Part shown: positions 12,001 through 25,230 of the stretch, piece after piece
Layout of the letters: every line of letters starts with the position of its first letter
Numbering within the stretch: position 1 is the first letter of the stretch
Origin: Camelus ferus
Lineage: Eukaryota
Length of the DNA: 64,000 nucleotides
Assembly: GCF_009834535.1 (NCBI RefSeq)
Contig: NC_045697.1
Span: 45,510,001 to 45,574,000, forward strand
Direction: 5' to 3'
Made by a program: the position numbers and the translations under genes
The notes under the pieces: generated by a model
Told to the model about the DNA's origin: nothing
Databases searched by the model: none
What the model saw: only the letters and a program-made list of their open reading frames with translations

Positions 12001-12589
12001 TGGCATATGCTGCTTCGGTTTACTTTTATAAAGAAAGAGGTATCTCTAATAAAACCCAGCTCCCTCCAGGTTGGCAGCAATGGGAGAACATCCACCTGGG
12101 GAAGAAGTGAGCGGACCTCTTGTCTGACTCTTCTTCCCCAGAGATTTTCCATCTGCCCCATCTTTCTCTGGCTGATTCTTCTTTTTGTTACTGCATTGCA
12201 CTAAAGGATTCTGCTATGCCTTTCTCTCTTATTCTGGCTAAGCTTGAACACACAACCAATTTAATTTTGGATTTCTGTCACATAGTTGAGGCAAGCCTGG
12301 AACTTGCAAACAATCATTGACTAAAGGTTCATGGAAATAAACACACAGAGACCAACACACAACTCCATAATCTGGCTTACACCACACTTTGATTTTCTGC
12401 TTTGTTCTTCCTGGCTCCTGTTTTACCATCATTTTTGCTAACAGTTTTGTTTTTTAAGTGAATATCCCTCATGTACCAGAAATCCCTCTAGGTACTAGAG
12501 ATACAGTGGGAGCAAAGTAATTATTTGTTATTAAAAAAAAAAAAATCTAGGGTCAAGATCGTAAGAGCGAGAGAGGCAGAGGTAGGTGC

Positions 12590-12990
12590 TTCCTCATGTG
12601 TTCATAAATATTCATTGAGTTTACATTATGAGCCATACACTATTCTAGAAGCTGGGGATAGAGCCATACAGAAGACCTTTGAAATCCTACCCTCATGGAG
12701 TTTACATTCCAAGAGAAATGGACAATAAAACCAAATTAAAAAATTCAAGAATTTCACAGAGGTACCATGAAGATAATAAAACAAATAGGATCAAGAATGG
12801 TGTGTATATGTGGAGGGGGATGCGGTTCCAGGGTGGTGAGGTGGTCACGAGACACCTCTCTGAGGACCCAGTATTTGAACAGAGACCTGAATGATGAGTA
12901 AGTCCGCCTAACAAGGTCTGGAAGGAAAATGTTCCAGCCACTAGCAAAAAATTGGAAAGGAGAGCCTACTGAGTGCTTTACAGGGACCGA
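12590..12990 (-). mobile_element. L2 LINE 3' fragment
   Basis: 'aaatattcattgag', 'ccctcatggagtttacattc', 'tttgaacagagacctgaatga'. Confidence 0.8.
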
Positions 12991-13199
12991 GGGTCTCACA
13001 CGTTTTTCATGATCTACACTGAGAATAATCAGTCACTCCGAGGATTTCCCCCAACACCTTGTTCTCTGTCCTAAATAAGAAAATCAGACAAGAATCCAAG
13101 GCATAGGCTTGGGGTTGGGGAGATGTGGAAGTGTCATTACATTGATCTGACTTATTAGATGCAAAGACCTTGAAGGCAGGAATAGTTATTCATCTTTTA

Positions 13200-13303
13200 T
13201 TTATTTATTAAAAAAAATTTTTTTAATGAAGGTACTGGCGATTGAACCCAGAACCTCATGCATGCTAAGCATACACTCTACCACTGAGCTATACCCTCCC
13301 TCC
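13200..13303 (-). mobile_element. tRNA-derived SINE, camelid vic-1-like
   Basis: The minus strand reads GGAGGGTATAGCTCAGTGGTAGAG...GGTTCAATC (pol III A and B boxes) with an A-rich tail. A 16-bp TSD AGTTATTC(A/G)TCTTTTA lies at 13184-13199 and 13304-13319. Confidence 0.92.
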
Positions 13304-15802
13304 AGTTATTCGTCTTTTACCCTCACTGCCTTCCCCTAATTTCCTTACACATCATTATATGCTTAATATAATATGTATGGAACAGAATCCAACTGAACAG
13401 TGATAAGATGAGGGGTGTTACACCAGATATCTCCCATCAAATATATTTATTTTCCTATATTAATATATAGAATAAAAAAGTTTATCTTCCTATAACAGAA
13501 TAATTTGATTTTAGCTTTTGTTTATTTCCTTTTTTGAAGTAATTTCAACTGCTTTTCAACTAAGACATTCCTTAAAATTGTAATGATATGAAAATTAAAG
13601 ATGACTAAACATACAGAATAAGAAAAAACAACTAATTAGATCCTTGAGAGCAGAAACACTATTTTCACATCACCTGTCATCATAGGACGCAAACGAAACC
13701 AAAATTAGCATATTGGAATATCTCTTCTCAGTTTCCCTTTTCTATGCCTAGGACAGAATATTTCTGTGTGTTAACTGTATCTTTAGAACCACATAGTATT
13801 TTGACTTTTTCCTGTTTAATTAAAAAATAAAGAAATTATATTGTGACGGGGCTGGATCCCTTTTCATGCTTGACTCTGGTGATTCTGCTTCACAATCAAC
13901 ACATCTGAACAACGTGCACAGTAAGGTTTTATCACTAACTGACACACCTGGTCATATTTTCTGTTGTACTATTCAATCCCACCTATACTGAAAATTTCAG
14001 CTGATAATGGTGCTATGAGAATTTGCCATTACACTTCCCCTTCTTCTTAACCCACTCCCCCACCAAGAAAAGAAAAGGGTTTTACTTATAACAACTGATG
14101 TTTTCGCCCTTGGTAGAATGTTCTGTGTCATGCTTGAATCACAGCATGAGAAATTCTGCGAGCCTGCCTTGAAGCCTTCCTCCCTCTGGCTGTTCATTGA
14201 GTCTTTGTGATTTGATAGTCTGAATGTCTCCTCAGGTGCTGGTCCCATTGTTTTCTGCGTGTTGTCTGCAGGATTTGTGGGTGGAACTCGACCCCATCCT
14301 AATCAGTTTCTTCCTGCAGGCAGTTCAGGTGCCATCCTTCCTCTGTAATTTGTGTTTAAATTCTTACGGCCTCCCCAAAACCTTTTTACTAGCAGATTTC
14401 TCTCTCTTGAATTTCTCTTGGATGTTCATACATGGCAGTTTACTGAGTTTGATTCTTGTCTTGGGGAAAAGCTGTTAGTTTAAAAACTCTTTTCCTCTTA
14501 GAATACATCTCTTTTTTCACCTCGCCCTTTTAGTGTTTATTTCCTAAGCTGAGTTTCTAAAAGGGTAACACGTACATTATTTTGTGCCCTAGCAATTGTT
14601 CCATACACAATTCAGCAAACATTTCCATCCATATTTCCATAGCATCCTCCCAGGCAGTCTTGCCTCTAAGCCCCCATAGGTGAGGATTAGCTGGCAGTGC
14701 ATAAATACACGTGGCTGCCTCACTCCTCCCCCTCCCTTCTGCTCTCAGGCTCACCCCTATCCCTCTCCCTTCTCCCACTTTCTTAATTCTACCTCCTTTG
14801 GTCCCTCTTCCTTCCTACTGGCCCTTCCCCTAAACGTGGTCCACAAGATGGTGGCAATAGGGCTGCGGATTGAGGAGGCTACTGACCTTCCAGTATCTGG
14901 AGGGAGGTGATCTCATTTGTCACCTCAGCAACCCAGGGATCCAATCATCAGTATGGCTGCAAGCATCTGCCTTTTCACCTGGCAAATAAATTTCTGGGTG
15001 TAGCTACTCAGATGACCCATGTTAAAAACCTTGACAGGATCAATTAAAATCGCTTAGGTATGGTGACGAATGCTTTAAAAATATGGACAGAGGGTGTAGA
15101 AATGATAAATATCACCACTGGGAACTAATTTGATTCTCTACTTTCACTTCAGGATTTCCAGGTGTTTTTCTGTTGTTTCTTCCTTGAGGGAAGTCATTTC
15201 AAACTGCCCCTGGGTATCTGCCCACAGAAAAGCAAATAGCTTTCTTTGACCACAAATGATCACCACTACCAACTCCTCCACCCTGTTTTTCAATTTTTGA
15301 ACTCTAGGGTAAATTCTTGCCTTATAACATTAAGATCTAGATAACTCTGGCAAGAAGCCAGCCACTGCAAACCAGTCTTTTACTAGGCAATGAAGAGTGA
15401 TTGCATAAATGCTGTATAAATATTTCAGGTATCCATGTTGTCAATCCTGGTAACGATTGCTGAGCTGTAAACAGAGCAGGAGTGTCTGGATAGTGCCAGA
15501 TTAGCCGAATAGGATTTGGCTGGACTGAAATTAAAATTGAATAGATGCTGACAGACTCGATTCTCAACAAGATCAAAGGATGCTTCTTTTCCATTTTCAT
15601 CATCCCTACAACTATACTAAGTGTACAGTACATTTTATTGGAATGTATATTTTGAAGGAAGTGTAAATAATTAAAAAGAGATTTGTGATTACTTCTGCAG
15701 CTAGTTTGGCATATATTTTTGAATTCTAAGGAATTGGTGAGGAACACCACTCAGGAATCTGCGGCCATCCTGTAGTAGTTGTTCTTGCTTTAAAACACTC
15801 TG

Positions 15803-16403
15803 CAATTCCACTCCTGGGCATATATCTGGAGGAAACTCTAATTCTAAAAGACATGCACCCCAGTGTTCATAGCAGCACTTTTTTACAGTAACCAAGACAT
15901 GGAATCAACCTAAATGTCCCCTGACTGGGTAAAGAAGCTGTGGTATATTTATACAATGGAATACTACTCAGCCAAAAAAAGAATAAAATAATGCCAGTTG
16001 CAGCTACATGGATGGCTCTGGAGACTGTCATTCTAAGTGAAGTAAGCCAAAAGAGAAAGAAAAATACCATATGATATCACTTATATGTGGAATCTAAAAA
16101 ACACAAATGAACTTATTTACAAAACAGAAACAGAATCACAGACATAGAAAACAAACTTATGGTTACCAGTTGGGGAAAGGTGGTGGGAAGGGATAAATTG
16201 GGAGTCTGAGATTTGCAGATATTAACTACTATATCTAAAATAGATAAATGACAACTTTAGCACAGGGAACTGTATTCAATATCTTGTTGTAACCTATAAT
16301 GAAAAAGAATATGAAAACAAATATATGAATGTATATGTATGGTTGAAATATTATGCTGTACACCAGACATTGACACAACATTGTAGACTTCAATTAAAAA
16401 AAA
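15803..16403 (+). mobile_element. 5'-truncated artiodactyl L1 (ORF2 end, 3'UTR, poly-A)
   Basis: 'caattccactcctgggcatatat...caatggaatactactcagcc' and a poly-A tail. TSD AAAACACTCTG at 15792-15802 and 16404-16414, at a TT/AAAA endonuclease site. Confidence 0.95.
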
Positions 16404-17303
16404 AAAACACTCTGGTGCAAATTTCCACATAATATATATCAAACCCAAATCAAAACATGAATCTTCTCCAGATCAGCACATTTCAGATTTCATTTGTTCC
16501 ATAAAGCCTTTCTGGAAGACTCCAGGCCATTATTTGATACATAAACACATGAACACTAACAGATCATGAACAATGGGCACTTGTGTACATTTGCGTCCCT
16601 ATTTAGAAAGCAGCCTCCCAAGGGCAAGAATCATGCGTAGCACCTGGGAGAGGTCTTTGCCCGCAGTAGGTCCTCAGTAAATCCCCTTCAGAAGAGCAGC
16701 TGCAAGAAAAACACTGGGGCACAAACCATGACATCCTAATTCTGTCACCTAAGATGGCAGAAAGATGAAGAGAGACTTTATTATTATTATTATTATTTTG
16801 TTTTTGACTTCTGATAGTTGATTATATCTGCACAGCCTCAACAGGGCTGTCTTCAGAGGAAATTCATGTTGATAGCAGAAATTTGTTTCCTTTTTAGAGA
16901 AAAGCAGTACTGCTACTCTTCCAGTGATAAAAAGATCAGGAGGAAACCCATTTTCAATATTTTTCTCTGCACATTGAGCACTTGTACATAAAGTAAGTGT
17001 TAACTGCCTTCTCCAAAAATTTTAAATGATCCATATCATAAAAGATACGCAAGTGATCATACAGCAAACCTCAGCCCTTGAATTCCTATTTCCCACTTTC
17101 CTCTTAAATCATATGCAATAGCCTATTTGAAATTAATTTAGGAAATCAGACACAAGTTCCAACAAAGGGCGATGGGCAACCAGGCACTTTTCTAGTGGTT
17201 TTAAGTTGTTCTGTTTCCGCTCATTTAGGTAGGAAGAGGTCTTACACGTTATTGATCTTGGAAACGCTGTGGGACGTGTCTGTCCTGCTAGGTGGAAGAA
17301 ATC

Positions 17304-17319
17304 CCACCTGGTGGCAGTG
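17304..17319. promoter_or_regulatory. CTCF-like motif, quasi-palindromic
   Basis: CCACCTGGTGGCAGTG on plus; GCCACCAGGTGGGA on minus. Confidence 0.5.
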
Positions 17320-18929
17320 TTTGGATTGTATCGCCAAGTAAACATCAAGAAACAACTCACTAACAATTTTACTGAGAGATGGCTCGGACAGAACGAGACA
17401 GGTCCTGCTGTCAGAAAGTTCTAGGCACAAAGATGATTCCTCTCTTTCCTTTTCCATCCTTAAGACAAAGTAAGACCTCAGAGTGGCCTGGTGGGTGGAG
17501 TAGGAAAGGAGATTTCTCTCTGGAGACAGTCTCCAGGGTGGCAGAGCAGGGGCTGATCAGTGTCCCGCGCAGGGCCCTTTGTGAGCCATGGGAAGGACAC
17601 ACATTTTCCAACCACGATTCAAAGAGCTCCTTTCTTTGCTTCTTGAAATTCAGCCAGCCCTCAGGAGCTCCCCAATAAAAGGTAGATATCCCTGGGAAGG
17701 CTGACACCTTGAGCATTATCAGCTGGTATCAGTTAACACCTTGAGGGAAACTTAGGAGAGCTGCCAGGAGTTGGTAGAAAAAGAAAGGGGAAGTAGAAAC
17801 AGTGCCTGTGATAAAGGATTGCCTACCACACTCTTTAGTGCAGGATGGGCCCCGAGTTAGTCTCCAGAACAAGTGGACTTCTGTCTTACCTCAGTGGCCT
17901 TGGGCAAGTCATTCAGCTAAGCTCGTTTCTGGTGTATCTATTGGTAGGGAAGAGTAATTATTCTTTATCTCAAGAAGGGTGCTGGGAGAATTTATGGTCT
18001 ATAAAACATCTGAGGTTCTCGGTGTGAGGCAGTTCATAAGTACAAAGTGTTATTAGTGGCTTTATTATAGGACTGTAAAGGTGATTTACGTAGCATCATA
18101 GTAGTAATATTTTGTGGAAGTACTTATCTCTAGTTCTGCACAGAGGTGGACCTGTTTGTATCTCTTTACCAAGCCATGGCAGAAGTCCTACCAACTACTG
18201 ATGAACATAGATTAAGTTCTGATAGAAAGGAGATGTTGTTGACGTGTATTACCTAACACAGGTGTTTTATGGTATTTCTTATCAGAGAGTAATATCCGAA
18301 TGCGTAGCTAAGCCCTGTTCAGAACAGTCTGGATAGAATTTTTTTCTAATCCTGTGAAGAAATGAAAGGCCTTCTTTTCCACGTCCGCAGTCATTTCCAG
18401 TACCCTTTTCTTCCATGGCAGGCCACCCTCCGCTGCGTGGCAGTTTAGAAGAATTGCTCGCTGCTGTCCCCTATCTTTCCACACCAAGAAACAGGACAAG
18501 AAGAGCCAAGGATTGCCTGGTCACTTCATATCTCAGGAATCTATGGTGACCATCCAGGGCCGAACATAGTTAGCATTTAACCCCTGGGTCCAGAATTCAA
18601 GGGCTTCTAACTTCCATCGACTCCATTTCCATTTCCACATTTTTCATAAACTCAATACATCCAATCATTTGCTATGAATGGCTGACCCTCTGTGTCAACA
18701 CTATGACCCCGAGGACAAGTATAGCCTCAGTACCATGAAAAGCCTCTGGTTCATAGTAGCTGTTCAATAAAGAGTTGTTGAATGCATGACTAAATGATTT
18801 AAACCCTAAAAGACTTTCTTCATTCTTTCTTACAATCTGTGTTGCTGAGTCATTTGGCTCAAAACTCAGCTCCTTCAGGTAGCCTTTTAATTCAAGGCAG
18901 CCTTTTAATTCAATCGGATACATTTGCCA

Positions 18930-19120
18930 GAAGAGACAAATCCATAGAGGCAGAAAACAGGTAAGTGGTTGCCAGGAGCTGGGGAGAGTGTTAATGGATA
19001 GCAATTCTGCTTGGGGTGATGCAAAGATTCTGCAAATAGAAAGTGGTGGTGATTGCACAGTGGTGTGTACCTTTAAAATGGTTTAAATGGTACATTTTGC
19101 ATTATGTGTACTTTACCATA
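18930..19120 (+). mobile_element. Old L1M 3'UTR fragment
   Basis: 'aaatccatagag...gtggttgccagg...gtggtggtgattgcaca...ctttaaaatgg'. Confidence 0.85.
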
Positions 19121-19276
19121 CACACACAACCTAGTGCAGTGCTAAGTTAATATAGTCTGACTGGTGTTTGGCTAGATAACTTGCACCACCAATAATTGGA
19201 AAGATCCTGCAAGTCTGTGTAACACTGATAATTCTTTCCACCATGCAATTTGCTGCAAGGAAGAGATACTTTAACG

Positions 19277-19386
19277 TAGGGTGACCAACTTGTCTGGGTT
19301 TGCTCAAGTCTGTCCTGGTTTTAGATCTGAAAGGTCCATGTTCCACTCAATCTCTTTGTCCTGGGAAAACCACGATGGTTGGTCAC
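19277..19386. mobile_element. hAT MITE (MER81-like)
   Basis: Terminal inverted repeats TAGGGTGACCAAC ... GTTGGTCAC; the right end abuts the MLT2 LTR. Confidence 0.75.
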
Positions 19387-19951
19387 TGGATTAGTCAGGC
19401 TTCTCCAGAGGAACCAAACCAATAAGACACATGTACACGCACACGCACACGCACACACACACACACGGATATAAATAGATATAGAGAAACAGGTATATCT
19501 GTATACCCAGATTTAGAGAGATATAGATCTGTCTATCTACCTACCTATCTGTTGATTTACTTTAAGGATTTGGTTCACATGATTGTAGGGTCTGGCAATT
19601 TGAGATATGTAGGGCAGGCCAGCAGCCTGGAAATTCAGGAAAGAGCTGATGTTACAATCTTGAATCTGAAATCTATAGGGTAGGCTGGCAGACTGGAAAC
19701 TCAGGCAGGATGTCTATGTAGTTTGAGGGAGAACTCCTTCTTCCTCAGGAAACCTAAGTCTTTGTTCTTAAGATCTTCAACTGATTGGATGAAGCCCACC
19801 ACATTATGGAAAATAATCTGCTCTACCTAAGTTCAACTGATTATAAATGTTAATCACATCCACAGATAGCTTCACAGCAACATGTAGACTAATGTTTAAT
19901 GAAATAGGCACCATAGCCTAGCCAAGCTGACACATAAAATTAGTCATCACA
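19387..19951 (-). mobile_element. ERVL solo LTR (MLT2 family) with an internal (CA)n/(TA)-type microsatellite
   Basis: 'ttagtcaggcttctccagag...aaccaata' through 'gccaagctgacacataaaattagtcatcaca', the reverse complement of the MLT2 5' end. Confidence 0.92.
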
Positions 19952-22900
19952 GACATGGTGCTTTAAATGCCTCTTGAAAAGTTTGATGTCTACAACAGTA
20001 CAGTCTTGAGAGAGCAGTGAAAATAAGATATTTCAAAAATAAATCTAAGAAAATATGGATATTGATGGTATACTTTTCAGGACACAAAATATGAAGATGA
20101 ACTGTTTTTTATAAAATTGGTGTAGGATTTTGAATAATCCTTCAAGGTGTTGAAATAGTTGCATTTGCAATGAGAGAATTTCCAATTTATCTAAAATTGT
20201 AAACAAAAGCACAGAGCAGGTGGAAGAGGGGTGCATCTTATGCTGTGGTGCATGCCACCCCAGTTAAATAATTATTCTTCAGATGCAGATCCTGCAATGA
20301 TGGACCAAAGAGGCAGTGAGAGAACACATTAGGAACACACTGGCTGGAGTCAAAGAGTTGAATTCAAATGTTGATTTCTCTCCTAATGACTTAGGGGACT
20401 TAAACAAGCTATTAAACCTCTATAAGCCTCAGTTTACTCATCTATAATGGACTTTTCTTATCCAAGGCACATAGTAAGTGGCAGGGCAGGGTTAGGGGAA
20501 AAAAAATGTTCTTCTGATCTGATGTTCTTTATACTTTATCCTTAATCTTTACCCACTAATTTTAAATTTGAGATCCTTGAGACCTAGTGTGCTCTGACGG
20601 GGAGATCTTCTGGTCTGTGAAAGGAGGTGAGTTAATAAAGCCATGCCCTTAAGAATAAATAAGAGGTCATTCTCAAATGTGTTTTTCTTCCTCCAACACC
20701 TACCTTTTTTTGGTGTAATGAAGGCTATCGCCACCAATTGTAAAACAAACTGTTAGCTCTAATGCAGCATATGTTAACATTAAAGATCTCACTGATGAAT
20801 TTAAGATAAGAAGCATAGAATCTAAGAACCACTCTTGACCCCAGTGCCTGGAGAGCTGTGAGCATTCTGACAGGTCTTATCAGTTACCACCAGTTGGAGG
20901 AAAATTTATTGATCTCTTGGTTTCCTATGGTTCTTAGAATGACTTAGATCCTTTATATTAGGAAATTATTCTCTATCACGTGGACTTTCTCAACTAAAAA
21001 CTTCTCATCATTTTGCAATCTTTTCTTCCTCTTTCATCCTCTGTGTCTAATTGTTCCCAAGTTTTGCCAGTTCTTCTGGTAAAGATCTGATCCTTTAAAA
21101 AGTATTCTCACTGACACTCTCTAGTTCACGTCTGTGCCTTGAAAACTGTTAATGCAGCAACCCTGTGAAACAGTTTTCCAATCTTTCAAATTCTCCATTC
21201 TCCTTCCCATCCAACCATTTTGCATACATCTAATGCATCATCCTTCTGCAGTATAAATTGATTATTTTTTCCCCTGATATAAACACATTGAATGGTCACT
21301 TGTTGTCCATATTATTAAGGATAAAAGGTCTGTGTAACTCAGGGAATGAACTCAGGGGAACTTCACTGACACTCTGAGTTGGCTGTGGAGTTTGGGCACC
21401 ACTGCGCATCTTTGTCACGGCTCAAACCCAGGACCCAGTAAGGAACATGGCATAGAGAAAGCACTCACGCATAATTTTTGATTGAACAAATCAAATAAAA
21501 AACTGATTTTTAAATTCTATTTGACTTGACATTAACCCCTAAATGAAGTAGCTAGTTCTGTGACACTTCATATTAACACACATGGAGTAATGTCCAAAGA
21601 CACTTTGAGACTATAGGGGACAAAAAGGTCTGAATTTAGTTCTAGCTCTTGCTTCCCAGCCCACTTGGATGTATTCAAGCTTCCTTGACATTCTGCCTTT
21701 ATATATTAAATTGTCCAGAAATAGCTATGTCTCATGACTAACTGAGTGTGTCTCAGCCCAAGCAGCGTGTCTAGCTCTGGCAGTCCTTGTTGTTATGCAG
21801 CATGTCTAGCTGTTGTAGCCCTTACTGTTTCCCTTTATGTCCCAGTGTGGCTTATCCAGTATGGCTTAAAGTGGGAAAGTGAGGAAGCAATGGGAGTTTG
21901 ATTACTTGGTTTTCCCCTATTTCTTCCAGACCCATTCCTAATAAGTCTTCAATTCTCTCTTCTATCCCCATTCAGCAGGTAAAAAAAGATTAGTGGGAAA
22001 GCTCTTCAATAAGTGATACTTAAATTCAGCCTTTTCTGCCTCTTCTCTGTTTCATCTCTAGTAATACTGCTATTCTGCTCCATACTTGAGTTCTTTAAGA
22101 CTGCTTTATTTCAAAGTCAGCATTTCCTCTAAGGGAAGGGGCTATGTGGTCCTTATCTCACCAGGTGCAGTATCGCTCACACTGTTAAGGCACTATTGAC
22201 CATCTTGACCATATTCCCTTCTACTGGGGAGTCTTTCAATTCTCAGGAGTTGACCAGTCCACCCACTAAATCTTGTGAATCCTTACTTGCATTGTGACAA
22301 AGACTGGGCTCAGCTGTGACTTTTTAATCAGCTCTCACGGGATGTCTATGCTGGCCTTTTCCACTTCTTTCTGGCCTTTTTGTCTCCTGCCCCTCCTCCC
22401 TTCTTCCTGCCCTCTCTGCCCATTTCTGTTCTTGCCCAACATCTGCCCTTGGCCCAGGGGGCAATTTCCAGCTCTGGGTATTGTCTTTTTTTTTTTTTTT
22501 TTTTTTCTTTTTTACATCTCCTTCAGGGTAGTAAACACCCATTTGCATTTCAATAGCAATTCCTGGCTATGTTTAAAAAGTACCACCCACAAATAATTAA
22601 TATTTTAACACAGGAAACCCTGGTTCCCCTTTCTGGTCTGTCTCCTCTCTGCTTTCAGAAGGGAGGCTGGGCTTCCACACGTTGCTTGCTGTGAGTGCAA
22701 GTGAAACTTAAAATAGCCATGCTTCACTAAGTGTGCTTTTCACACTTTGAACTTGTGATGACTGTTCTTCAATTTATGGTTGTAACTGCTATCTCTCACC
22801 TTTTTCCTCAGGGACTCACCACACCTTGTTTCCTATAAACCATCCAGTGCCTGACTTACAGAGGGAAACTCCCTTCTCTTATTCATACCTTCTGCAGACC

Positions 22901-22984
22901 ATTCCTCTAAAACAGCATAGAGAAAGATGACTGAAGACTCTCCAACTTCCTTCTGTACCCATGCTCATGTCTTCTTTTCCATTC

Positions 22985-23635
22985 TGCTACAGGAAAATGG
23001 GGTATGAGAGGATGGCCATGTCTCAGGTCCCAGGCAAGTCCCTGGGATGTGCCCTATCAAATAAGGTCCTTGGCTTCATGCAGAAAAGAATTCAAGAGTG
23101 AACCATAGTTGAGTAAAAGTAGATTTATTCAAAAAGATGCACACTTCATAGACCGAGTGTAGGCCGTTTCAGAAGGCCAGAGAGGCCACGAGGCATGGAG
23201 ATGGGTGTTTGGTTTAAAATAAAAGTAGAAACACACTCTATAGACAGAGTTCAGGCTGCCTCAAAAGGCAAGAGAAAAAGCCAGGAGGTGCGGGATTGTT
23301 AGTTTTTCTGGGCTCGAGAAATTCATATGCTAACAAGTGGGAAGATTATTCCAACTACTTTGGGGAAGGGGCTGGGATTCCCAGAAACTGGCCTACGGTC
23401 CACTTTTTGACCTTTTATGGCCAGCCTTGGAACAGTCATGGTGCCTGTGGGAGTGCCATTTACCATGTTAATATTACTACAATGAGCGTATAATGAAGGA
23501 AAGTCTACTGGAAGTCAAATCTCCCGCCATCTTGGGTCTCAAGGTCTACTGGGAGTTGAGTCTCCCTCCATCTTGGTGCTCGCTACTATGCCATTCTTTT
23601 AATGGCTATGCCCTGCTCTCTTCCGTCCTGTCTCA
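22985..23635 (-). mobile_element. ERV1 solo LTR, MER41-like, full length (651 bp)
   Basis: TG...CA termini, perfect 4-bp TSD ATTC (22981-22984 and 23636-23639), minus-strand AATAAA at 23124-23129, and the MER41-type block 'gtcatggtgcctgtgggagtg...gcgtataatga...cgccatcttgg'. Confidence 0.88.
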
Positions 23636-24999
23636 ATTCTACCCTTAACCTCATCCTTACACCTCTAGATAATGTAAAGGTAGATTGAGAGGGACAGAAT
23701 CTGTGGAAACATACCAGTTGCTCGTCACTTTTTTCAAAAAAGTGAAATAGAAATTATGTAATTATGTAGAGCATTTGTAAATTCTAGAGTGCTCTCCTTT
23801 GGGGTAGGAAGGACTATTAAATTATAACATTATTACTATATCCATTTTCCTAAAGAAGACACCGAGGTTTAGAAACGTAGGTTAACTGATTGCCATGCTG
23901 TCAAAAACCAATGACAAACCACCAATGAAAAAACAAACAAACAAACAAAAAAAAACCCCACAACCCATATTAGTCTGCATTTCCTATCCTTTTATAGCCC
24001 AGGATCAAACTCATTCATTCATCCAGCTAACATTTCTTTAATTCCTACTATGAGTGAGGTGAGGTAGATTGCATGACTAGGGGGTGCTTGTGTTAGATGA
24101 TGTGGTTTGAAACTGTTCTATGGATGTCTTAATAAATCTTCCCCTCTCCCCACCCCCACCACTTGATCCTCTGACTCTACTTCAACACCACACAATTGAT
24201 TCTCCCATATTATGCCATCTGTCCTTCCCATAGCAGACCCATGAGAACAGGTTTTCCGTAAGCATCACTTAGAACATTTATAACTGTTTATTGTAACATT
24301 TACTTTTCAAGAGTTAATGGATTCTTATTTGTTGGACTCAGATTCTCCTGCTCATATGCTTTTTCAAATTATTACTTATATTTAGGTTATCTTTTTGGGG
24401 AAAAAAGAGATCATGTATAAATATTTGTTATCCCAAGCTTAAAAAAAAAAAAGCCATAAGGATATTTCATTTGCCAGTCTTTCATTAGGCACTGGAAATA
24501 AAATATATTGTTTTTTAAAATATGTATCAATGCTTAATAATAGACAAACCAGAGAAGAAAATAGCAAACGAGTTATGTCTTTAATACAATACTTGAAATA
24601 ATTTGGCCTTGGTGTAATGGGCAGCTTCACTCATTTGAAAATGTATGGAGACAGGTAATGAGGAAGATGTGATTTTGCCATCCTGAAGGGTTTTCCTGCA
24701 GTGAGCAATTAAAGTAATAAAATACTGGCACAAAGTAAGAAATGGACAAAATATTTTCTAACATTATATAGGTACTTCTACAATAATACAGAATGTGTAT
24801 TTTATAAATTAAAAGCAAGGTGGAAGGTAAGACTAGGAATGGGCTAATTTTATCAACAAATCTATAGTACAAATTATATACCCTTCTTGTGGTACACAGC
24901 TATATTTGAGGTAAAATGGTAATATCCCTGTATGGGCCTCATCTGATGGTCAATTAAATTTATTAATAGTCAGCTGAGCTAAAACACTGAGTTAATTTT

Positions 25000-25230
25000 T
25001 ATTGAGCCCTTAGTATGTATTAAGGACAAGTCTAAGAACTTTACACTGATTATTTTACTGAATTATCTTAACCCAATGGAATAGGTACTATTACTATTCC
25101 TTTTGCAGATAAGGAAACTAAAGCTCCATGGGGTCAAGTTACACTCTCTAAATTTCACACAAGTGAGTAACAAAGAGGGACTGTGCTATGAATGCAGGCA
25201 ATTTGCTTTCAGAAACATAACTCTTGAAAT
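25000..25230 (-). mobile_element. MIR SINE
   Basis: 'ttttgcagataaggaaactaaagctc' MIR core. Confidence 0.8.

Noticed and set aside
13228..13300. tRNA-like sequences (also 44295-44362)
   Set aside because: They have A-rich tails and TSDs and lack a tRNA 3' acceptor stem, so they are SINEs rather than tRNA genes.
15180..15750. 137-aa ORF, and a nearby minus-strand peptide ELVVVDHLWSK faintly resembling a Gypsy integrase motif
   Set aside because: No extended similarity and an in-frame stop follows soon after; indistinguishable from chance without a profile search.
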